A stretch of 29,322 nt of DNA. It comes from Candidatus Brocadiia bacterium (GTDB lineage: Bacteria; Planctomycetota; Brocadiia; SM23-32). How positions within the stretch are numbered: position 1 is the first letter of the stretch; every line of letters begins with the position of its first letter. The position numbers were made by a program, and so were the translations under genes. The notes under the pieces are model-generated. The model saw only the letters and a program-made list of their open reading frames with translations. It was not told the origin of the DNA and did no database searches. Below, one piece after another: positions 10,333 to 17,585 of the stretch. The stretch spans positions 1 through 29,322 of the forward strand of contig JBKHIT010000061.1 in assembly GCA_046538485.1 (NCBI GenBank). The letters run 5' to 3'.

Positions 10333-11448
10333 CTACGTTCGGTTGTCTTTCATCATATCTTTGAATTCCTGGAACAGGTGCTGTGCATCGTGCGGACCGG
10401 CCGAAGCTTCGGGGTGGTACTGAACACACATTATGGGCATGTCTTTGTGCCGCAGTCCTTCCAGTGTCTTATCATTGAGATTCTTGTGGGTCAGCTCGAT
10501 TTGATCCTGATCGAGTGAGTCAATATCGACGCAGAAACCGTGATTCTGACACGTAATATCGATTTTCCCCGTTGTAAGGTCTTTCACCGGGTGGTTGGCC
10601 CCGCGGTGACCGAATTTCAGTTTATAAGTTTTGCCCCCGAGGGCGAGACCGAGGAGCTGGTGGCCGAGACAGATGCCAAAAATCGGTTTTTCTCCGAGAA
10701 GCTTTTGGAGCTCTTCCACAACGTAGGGAATTCCCGCCGGATCTCCCGGCCCATTTGAAAGCATGATTCCATCCGGATCTATGGCCTGCACGTCTTCAGC
10801 TTTGGTGCTGGCAGGAACCAGTGTGATATGGCATCCGGCTTCGGCCAGGCAGCGAAGAATGTTGTATTTTGCACCGAAATCATACACCACAACCCGCGCA
10901 TCGGCGGAATCCGCACGGGGGCTGCCTTCCCACTCGTAGGGTTTATCGCAGGTGACCTCTTTCACAAGATCGCGACCGATGAGCCCCGGCGCCTGGCGTG
11001 CGCGTTCAACGAGATCGTCACGTTCGAACTCGCCTGCAGCCAGCGCCGCCCGCATGGCGCCGGCCTCGCGGATATGACGTGTCAGAGCCCGCGTATCTAC
11101 TTCGCTGAGGGCGACGATATCGTGATCTTTCAGGTAATCTCCGAGTTGCCCCTGGGACTCGTTATTGGAGGGGTAGGGACAGTATTCTCTGACGATAAAT
11201 CCTTCGGCCTTTGGAGCTGCGGATTCGATATCCTGGCCATTCACTCCATAGTTTCCGATCAGGGGGTAGGTCATTGTGACGATCTGGCCTTTGTAGGAGG
11301 GATCCGTCAGAATCTCCTGGTAGCCTGTCATGCTGGTATTGAAAACGACTTCACCGGTTTTTATCCCGGGTGCGCCGAAGGATTCCCCTTCCAGGAAGAA
11401 GCCGTCTTCCAGGGCGATAGCCCCGCGGGGCGGCATGTTTTGGCTCAT
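10333..11448 (-). CDS. carA: carbamoyl-phosphate synthase small (glutaminase) subunit
   Basis: GEVVFNTSMTGYQEILTDPSY, LSNGPGDP, FGICLGHQ, FGHRGANHPV, QYHPEA. Confidence 0.97.
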   Translation of the reverse strand: MSQNMPPRGAIALEDGFFLEGESFGAPGIKTGEVVFNTSMTGYQEILTDPSYKGQIVTMTYPLIGNYGVNGQDIESAAPKAEGFIVREYCPYPSNNESQGQLGDYLKDHDIVALSEVDTRALTRHIREAGAMRAALAAGEFERDDLVERARQAPGLIGRDLVKEVTCDKPYEWEGSPRADSADARVVVYDFGAKYNILRCLAEAGCHITLVPASTKAEDVQAIDPDGIMLSNGPGDPAGIPYVVEELQKLLGEKPIFGICLGHQLLGLALGGKTYKLKFGHRGANHPVKDLTTGKIDITCQNHGFCVDIDSLDQDQIELTHKNLNDKTLEGLRHKDMPIMCVQYHPEASAGPHDAQHLFQEFKDMMKDNRT

Positions 11449-11533
11449 GAGTGCCTCTCAAATTATGATTGTCACTTTTTTGTTGAACTTTTATGCGGAA
11501 GCAAACGGCCACGAGTCTGTTTCAACCGGGGCT

Positions 11534-12340
11534 TTACCAGTTTCGATAAATTTCGGGCAAAGTTCGTTTGTGTTGCGCTTTTTCGATCATAGATCGCACT
11601 TTTTTAACAGCGTCGGGATCAGCCTGTGGTTCACGGCCGGTCTGCAATGCATCAACGATTTCGTCGATCACGTCGTAACTGAGCCCGATTTCACTTTCGT
11701 CTGTTTGACCCGGCCAGAGCCCGGCGCTTGGCGGTTTATTGATTACAACTTCCGGAATGCTCAGTTCCCGGGCCAGTTCCCGGACTTCTGATTTAAGGAG
11801 TCCGCCGATCGGCAGAATATCGGCGCCGCCATCGCCGTATTTCGTGAAATATCCCAGAGCCAATTCGGTCCGGTTTCCTGTTCCGGCCACAAGGTTGTTG
11901 CGAACGTTGGCAAAGAAATAGAGGGACGTCATCCTCAATCGCGGTTTTATGTTGGCTCGCGCGAGACTCGAGTCTTCTTCCGGGAGCTGCTCGAGAAAAT
12001 CCTGGTAAATTTTATCGAGCGAGACCGTTTCGGTTTGAACCCCGAGACTATCGGCAACCAATTGCGCGTGTTCGGTGTCCTGGTGTTCGCTTTCACAGGG
12101 CATTATTATTCCCAGGCTTTCATGACCGACGGCGTTTTTCGCGAGACCCAGCACCACGGCCGAATCAACGCCACCGCTCAGGCCAACGACAATCCCTTCC
12201 GCACCGGCTTCGCGCGTTTTCTGTTCAAGCCAGTCCGCGATTTTTTTTGAGATGGCTGTAAAATCCCTTTTTGTCGGATTTCTGGAAATCAAGTTTATTT
12301 TTGAACCGCGCACTCCTTTTTTCAGGTTTTGAGAGCCCAT
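11534..12340 (-). CDS. nadE: NH3-dependent NAD+ synthetase (no fused glutaminase domain); start uncertain (12340 or 12355)
   Basis: GLSGGVDSA PP-loop, ANIKPRLRM, GTGNRTE..LGYFTKYGDGG, KPPSAGLWPGQTDE; ~270 aa. Confidence 0.93.
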   Translation of the reverse strand: MGSQNLKKGVRGSKINLISRNPTKRDFTAISKKIADWLEQKTREAGAEGIVVGLSGGVDSAVVLGLAKNAVGHESLGIIMPCESEHQDTEHAQLVADSLGVQTETVSLDKIYQDFLEQLPEEDSSLARANIKPRLRMTSLYFFANVRNNLVAGTGNRTELALGYFTKYGDGGADILPIGGLLKSEVRELARELSIPEVVINKPPSAGLWPGQTDESEIGLSYDVIDEIVDALQTGREPQADPDAVKKVRSMIEKAQHKRTLPEIYRNW

Positions 12341-12383
12341 TTCATTTCTCAGCATTAGAGTATAGCGGATTTCTGCCGGCTCG

Positions 12384-13904
12384 TCAGGTCTTCCGCTCCA
12401 GGGCCTCGCGTCGCATGTCGTTGTCGACTGATACGGGATAATTTCCCGTGAAGCACGCAAGGCAATATTCGCTTCTCTCTGCCTGTGCTGCTCCCAAAAG
12501 ACCTTCCACAGTTTGATATCCCAGTGAGTCGACGCTGAGGAAGTCCGCGATTTCACTGACCGAACGCCGGGCGGCAATGAGCTGTTCGGTATCGGGGAAG
12601 TCGATGCCGTAGTAACAGGGATGCCGAATCGGCGGGGCGCTGATTCTCATGTGCAGCTCGCGCGCACCCATCTCCCGCAGCATCGAAAGACGTCCGCGGC
12701 TCGTCGTCCCGCGCACGATTGAGTCGTCCACCACCACCAGCCGTTTCCCTTTAACGACATCTTTCACGACGTTAAGTTTGATTTCGACGTGGTCGCTACG
12801 ATTTTCTTCCGGCGGGATTATGAAAGTCCGGCCAATGTACCGGTTGGAAATAAAGCCGAAATCGAGGGGGATGCCGGACCGACGCGAATATCCTAATGCG
12901 GAAGAATCTCCGGAATGCGGGATGCTCATCACGAGGTCGGCTTCCACAGGATGGGTTTCGGCGAGTTTTTCCCCCAACCGGAGACGGACATTGTGGACCG
13001 TCCGGCCGAACACGCGGCTGTCGGGTCTGGCAAAATAAATATGCTCGAATATACACCGCGCCTGATTTTCCGGAGGGGAGGCGACAAACTGCCAGGAACG
13101 TAACCCGTCATCGTCAATGCATACGATCTCGCCCGGTTCGATATCACGAATATATTCCGCCCCGAGCAGATCAAACGCGCACGTTTCGCTGGCAACGACG
13201 TATCCGCTGCCGAGTTTGGCCAGAGAAAGCGGTCGGAATCCTTGGGGGTCGCGGGCCGCCATCAGACGCGAGGAAGTCATCATGGCAAGGGAATACGCGC
13301 CCCGGACGTGATGCAACGATTCGCCGAGTGGGTCGGCCACGCCGATGTGTTCGGGGTCGGCCAGCAGATGGACGATAATTTCGCTGTCGGTCGAGGTCTG
13401 GAATATGGAACCGCGCGATTCATACAGTTCCCGAAGCGACCGGGCATTGGCGAGGTTGCCGTTGTGAGCGACCGCCACGATCCCCTGGGAGTATTCAATC
13501 ACCAGAGGCTGGATGTTCTGGACCCTTTTGGCACCGGTTGTTGAGTAACGGGTGTGGCCGACGGCGATGTGGCCCGGGAGGTTCTGAAGGTCTTTGTGCC
13601 CTATTGCCTCCGTGAGAAGTCCCAGACCTTTGGCGCTCTGGATTTGCCGACCGTCGGAGGCGACAATGCCGGCCGATTCCTGCCCCCTGTGCTGAAGGGC
13701 GTGGAGACCGGCATGGGCTTTTCGAGCGGCGTTGCTGACCCCGTAGAGGCCAATGACCCCGCAATGGTGACGGAGCTCGGAGCCCCGGGCGTCAGAAGTT
13801 CCTACCGATCCGCTGTCTGCGGGTCGAGAGCTACAGAATGAACAAGAAGAACAGCGAACCATATTGGGCTTTGCTTCCGTTTCCAGAACCTGGGGATTAT
13901 TCAT
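12384..13904 (-). CDS. purF: amidophosphoribosyltransferase, [4Fe-4S] (B. subtilis-like) type with long propeptide
   Basis: Ntn start HHCGVIG, LQHRGQESAGI, GHTRYST, HNGN, PRT motif VVVDDSIVRGTT; Fe-S Cys in RCIFE, HPCYYG, YCLACF; AGGAG just upstream of the ATG. Confidence 0.96.
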   Translation of the reverse strand: MNNPQVLETEAKPNMVRCSSCSFCSSRPADSGSVGTSDARGSELRHHCGVIGLYGVSNAARKAHAGLHALQHRGQESAGIVASDGRQIQSAKGLGLLTEAIGHKDLQNLPGHIAVGHTRYSTTGAKRVQNIQPLVIEYSQGIVAVAHNGNLANARSLRELYESRGSIFQTSTDSEIIVHLLADPEHIGVADPLGESLHHVRGAYSLAMMTSSRLMAARDPQGFRPLSLAKLGSGYVVASETCAFDLLGAEYIRDIEPGEIVCIDDDGLRSWQFVASPPENQARCIFEHIYFARPDSRVFGRTVHNVRLRLGEKLAETHPVEADLVMSIPHSGDSSALGYSRRSGIPLDFGFISNRYIGRTFIIPPEENRSDHVEIKLNVVKDVVKGKRLVVVDDSIVRGTTSRGRLSMLREMGARELHMRISAPPIRHPCYYGIDFPDTEQLIAARRSVSEIADFLSVDSLGYQTVEGLLGAAQAERSEYCLACFTGNYPVSVDNDMRREALERKT

Positions 13905-14157
13905 ACTCCTGACAGCTCAGCACTTTCCGGTTGGGTTTCGTGAAACGGCATGCCCGGCGCTTTCCGCAGTTCCGACACAGACCGATCCCGGTATCTCCAT
14001 GGGATCTGGAAATGCCGTTGGCGGGAGTGCGACTTGTCGATCGGCCAGCGCGGGTTTCAAAAGGCTGGAATTCTTTGCACGTCAGCACCGCCGCGTGCCC
14101 ATTCCTGTGGAGACACTCCGGTGATTCGGTGCAACTTTTGCAGAGAAGGTATTGCAT
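13897..14157 (-). CDS. small Cys-rich hypothetical protein, two CxxC-x5-C-x11-C-x-E[FY] repeats
   Basis: 86 aa; purine-rich RBS AAAAAGGGG; overlaps the purF start; two identically spaced 4-Cys units. Confidence 0.8.
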   Translation of the reverse strand: MQYLLCKSCTESPECLHRNGHAAVLTCKEFQPFETRAGRSTSRTPANGISRSHGDTGIGLCRNCGKRRACRFTKPNRKVLSCQEYE

Positions 14158-14200
14158 AATTTTTCCCCTTTTTATGTGTAAAACCTGCGAATATATGCTT

Positions 14201-15799
14201 CTATCCGCGGATTATTTCCATGGCTTCCTCGCGGTAGGCATTCTGGATATAAGGCAGTCCCGTGATCTCGGCCGCTTCGTTTGTGAGGGCCGCCAGGTCT
14301 TTCCGACTGATGGCTTCAATGTTGAAGTTCCTCGAACCGGCCATCAACTGCTGGAGACCGACTTTCAGTTTGTCGACGAAGGTGTACATGGCAATGGCGC
14401 CAAGAGGCATTTCTTTGACCGTATCTTCCCCGAACTCATCGCAGAGATCTTCGTAGTCAAGGAATATTTGTTCCGGTCTATCTCCATGCTGTTTGATGGT
14501 TTTCGGCAAATCCTCGCCGTTCTCCAGCCAGTTTTCCAGGTTTTTCCCCACCATCCCCGGGATCATAATCGCGCGCCCCATACATACGGCTTTGAAGTAG
14601 GGCGCTCCGAGTGCCAGCACTTTGAAAATGTGGTCTTCGGTTGAGAGCCCACCGGCCATGGCAAGGTCCGGCACATACGCGTCCTGGTCGTCGAGTTCCC
14701 GGGCAAGTTCACAGGCCATGGATTGCAGGTAGATGGTTGGAATACCCCACTCGTTCATCATGCGCCAGGGGCTCATGCCGGTTCCACCGGGCGCACCATC
14801 AATCGTCACAAGATCGAGTTTGGCGTCGGATGCCCATTTGAGAGCCATAGCAAGTTCACGCATCGGGTATGCTCCCGTTTTCAGCGTGACGCGTTTGGCC
14901 CCCAGATTGCGCAGGCGTTCGACTTCAGCGTGGAATCCTTCTTCATCAACAAAACCAAGACGGGAGTGCCTTTCAAAGTGCTTAATTTCACCTTCTTTGT
15001 AGGCTTTTTGATGGGACGGAGACGAAGGATCGGGTGTTACCAGATATCCTCGATCCTGCAGCTGGAGGGCGCGATCCAGGTTGTCGATCTGAATCTCACC
15101 CCCGATGCATTTCGCGCCCTGACCCCACTTGAGTTCGATTGTTTCGACACCCAGTTCTTGAATAGCGTATTCGGCAACCCCCAGGCGCGTGTCTTCGACA
15201 TTCATCTGGACGATCAGGTCGCCATAGCCGTTGTGAAACTTCCTGTAAATCTCGACACGATGACGCATCTCGGGGGATTCGACCAGTTTGCCGTTTTCAT
15301 CGCGTTCCAGTTGCGGGTCGACGCCGCAGACGTTTTCTCCGCAGACGAGTGTGATGCCGCTGATAGCGGCGCCCACGGCGAAATGGTCCCAGTTTTTCGC
15401 GGCGACTTCGGTTGAACCCAGAGCCCCGGTAAAAACAGGGGCCTGCATCCGAACTTTGTCATTGCCCGCACCATACTCGGTTTCGGTATCAATATCGGGG
15501 AAAAGAGTGGTATTAGGTCCAGCCTCGGCTCCTTCAGGCAGTCCGCGGGCCCCCATAGCGTAACCCATGATGTTGAGATGCGAATAATCGACCGGATAAT
15601 CTTTTTCGGCTCCGGCCGTCATGCTCCCGAATGGCCCCGGATAAAGAAGCTCGCGACCTCGCATGGACGCCTGAAAGACGTCACAATTGCCGCGGCATCC
15701 GTCAACACATCGGGTGCAGATTCCCGATTGTGGCACGACATCCCGACTTCTATTTCGTGTACCCGTTGCTTCGTTTGAGTTAGGTTGCTGCAAATTCAT
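14201..15799 (-). CDS. stand-alone FMN-binding glutamate synthase family protein (GltB domain 2-like, archaeal/anaerobe type)
   Basis: IELKWGQGAKCIGGE, DLVTIDGAPGGTG, EWGIPT, AMAGG....IFKVLALGA; N-terminal CTRCVDGCRGNC; RBS GAGGAG. Confidence 0.9.
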   Translation of the reverse strand: MNLQQPNSNEATGTRNRSRDVVPQSGICTRCVDGCRGNCDVFQASMRGRELLYPGPFGSMTAGAEKDYPVDYSHLNIMGYAMGARGLPEGAEAGPNTTLFPDIDTETEYGAGNDKVRMQAPVFTGALGSTEVAAKNWDHFAVGAAISGITLVCGENVCGVDPQLERDENGKLVESPEMRHRVEIYRKFHNGYGDLIVQMNVEDTRLGVAEYAIQELGVETIELKWGQGAKCIGGEIQIDNLDRALQLQDRGYLVTPDPSSPSHQKAYKEGEIKHFERHSRLGFVDEEGFHAEVERLRNLGAKRVTLKTGAYPMRELAMALKWASDAKLDLVTIDGAPGGTGMSPWRMMNEWGIPTIYLQSMACELARELDDQDAYVPDLAMAGGLSTEDHIFKVLALGAPYFKAVCMGRAIMIPGMVGKNLENWLENGEDLPKTIKQHGDRPEQIFLDYEDLCDEFGEDTVKEMPLGAIAMYTFVDKLKVGLQQLMAGSRNFNIEAISRKDLAALTNEAAEITGLPYIQNAYREEAMEIIRG

Positions 15800-15906
15800 T
15801 CAAGCGCTCCTCTTAATCGATCAGAAAAAAGTGATTTTGTTCGCGTAACTCCGCTGCACAAATATTGATCAAAGTGGATATCCTAATTACCGCACAGTTA
15901 TAAATT

Positions 15907-15922
15907 TGCAAACCGTGTGCCG
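15907..15922 (-). promoter_or_regulatory. sigma54 (-24/-12) promoter of the glutamate synthase/amidotransferase operon
   Basis: Minus strand CGGCAC-ACGGT-TTGCA against consensus TGGCAC-N5-TTGC(A/T), ~110 nt upstream of ATG 15799. Confidence 0.85.
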
Positions 15923-16035
15923 ACTCTGTAATACGCGGGGTTAAGAAGCGGGATAAATATCACAAATCGCTGCTTAAAAAGGCTTTACATGAAGAGCATG
16001 CGATTGTTGCCCGAGCCGCTACTCCAGATGAGGCC

Positions 16036-16070
16036 TGCGCAAAATGTGTGCAGTGATCTGTAACTGTGCA
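16036..16070. promoter_or_regulatory. putative enhancer (UAS) pair for a sigma54 activator
   Basis: TGCGC-AAAATGT-GTGCA (16036-16052; NtrC-like TGCAC-N7-GTGCA) and TGATC-TGTAACT-GTGCA (16054-16070), 115-150 nt upstream of the -24 box. Confidence 0.55.
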
Positions 16071-16221
16071 TTGTCTGGTTGGCGGCGCTGGCGGCAGGTG
16101 CGATTCGGTCGGGGCGGGAAATGGCGAATCAGGTGGTCAGGAGCCGTGCGGGGGGGGGCTGCGGATTCTCCCCCGGGGTGGCACACAAAAAGGCACATGC
16201 ACAAAAACGGCACTGGGCAAT

Positions 16222-16250
16222 TTGACACAGACGTTCCAGCGAGGTACTAT
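16222..16250 (+). promoter_or_regulatory. sigma70 promoter of glutamate dehydrogenase
   Basis: TTGACA-17 nt-TACTAT, 80 nt upstream of ATG 16331. Confidence 0.7.
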
Positions 16251-16330
16251 ATTTTGACTTTAGCCAAATAAAATGGGATCGGTGATGATTCAGGTGATTC
16301 CGAGCAAATCTGGCGATAGGAGTGTTGTTT

Positions 16331-17578
16331 ATGGTATTTAACCCTTTCAAAATGGCGCAGGATCAGTTGGCTGTTGCGGCGGAGAAACTGAATTTAGATG
16401 CGGCGGTTCACGAGTTTTTGCGGTGGCCGTTGAGAGAATTGTGGGTGACACTGCCGGTAAAAATGGATGATGGGTCGACGGAAATTTTTCGGGGTTTTCG
16501 TGTGCAGTACAACGATGCCCGAGGTCCTTGCAAGGGCGGCATCAGGTTCCATCCAGAAGAAACTATTGAAACAGTACGGGCTTTAGCCGCCTGGATGACC
16601 TGGAAGACAGCTGTCGTTGATATTCCCCTGGGCGGAGGCAAAGGTGGAGTGGTTTGCAATCCGAAAAAGATGAGCCGGAACGAACTTGAAAGATTAAGCC
16701 GCGCCTACATACGGCAGGTTGGCCGGATTGTGGGTGATCACAAAGACGTGCCGGCTCCGGATGTTTACACGGATCCGCAGATTATGGGCTGGATGATGGA
16801 CGAGTACGAAGCAATGAATGGGGGGCGTCATGAACCGGGCATGATTACGGGGAAACCGATCCCACTGGGGGGTTCATTAGGGCGTGGCGATGCGACGGCA
16901 CGGGGCGGCTGCTACATCGTCCGCGAAGCAGCGAAATCGCTCGGTATTGATACGAAGGGATCAACGGTTGCGATTCAGGGGTTCGGTAACGCCGGTCAGT
17001 ACGCTGCTCTGCTGGCGGATTCGATACTTGGCTGTAAGATTATCGCCGTCAGCGACAGCCGTGGTGGTATTATCAACGAAGATGGTTTTGATTCCGAAGC
17101 TCTTGTGAAGCATAAGCTCGACACCGGAGCCGTGGGAGATTTTCCGGAATCGGAACCAATCACAAACGAGGAACTTCTTGAGCTACCGGTTGATATACTG
17201 TTCCCCGCGGCGCTGGAAAATGTGATAACAAAGGACAACGCTCCTGAAATCAACGCCAAAATATCATGCGAATTGGCGAACGGCCCACAAACCCCGCAGG
17301 CCGACGAAATCCTTCATGAAAATTCAGTGCTGTTTATCCCCGATTTCCTGGCGAATGCAGGCGGAGTGACAGCCAGTTATTATGAGATGGTTCAGAATAT
17401 CACAAACCATTACTGGACGGCCGATGACGCGAATGCGGAACTCGATCAGAAGATGACAGCTGCTTTCCACACGGTCTATCAGGTCGCCCAAAACGAAAAC
17501 GTCCACATGCGCCTGGCTGCTTATATGGTTGCCGTGGAACGCGTAGCAGAGGCCGTCAAACTCCGCGGGTGGGTTTGA
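16331..17578 (+). CDS. gdhA: Glu/Leu/Phe/Val dehydrogenase, most likely glutamate dehydrogenase
   Basis: RGPCKGGIRFHP, MTWK, LGGGKGG, DVPAPD, ITGKP..LGGSLGR, QGFGNAG, PDFLANAGGV, LRGWV; RBS AGGAG at 16318-16322 favours ATG 16331. Confidence 0.93.
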   Translation: MVFNPFKMAQDQLAVAAEKLNLDAAVHEFLRWPLRELWVTLPVKMDDGSTEIFRGFRVQYNDARGPCKGGIRFHPEETIETVRALAAWMTWKTAVVDIPLGGGKGGVVCNPKKMSRNELERLSRAYIRQVGRIVGDHKDVPAPDVYTDPQIMGWMMDEYEAMNGGRHEPGMITGKPIPLGGSLGRGDATARGGCYIVREAAKSLGIDTKGSTVAIQGFGNAGQYAALLADSILGCKIIAVSDSRGGIINEDGFDSEALVKHKLDTGAVGDFPESEPITNEELLELPVDILFPAALENVITKDNAPEINAKISCELANGPQTPQADEILHENSVLFIPDFLANAGGVTASYYEMVQNITNHYWTADDANAELDQKMTAAFHTVYQVAQNENVHMRLAAYMVAVERVAEAVKLRGWV

Positions 17579-17585
17579 GTTAAAT

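Noticed and set aside
12356..12577. Long N-terminal extension of nadE (347-aa ORF call)
   Set aside because: Overlaps the conserved purF C-terminus in another frame and does not resemble a glutaminase domain.
16179..16196. TGGCAC as a sigma54 promoter for gdh
   Set aside because: No GC at the -12 position (GG-N10-GG); a consensus sigma70 promoter is present instead.
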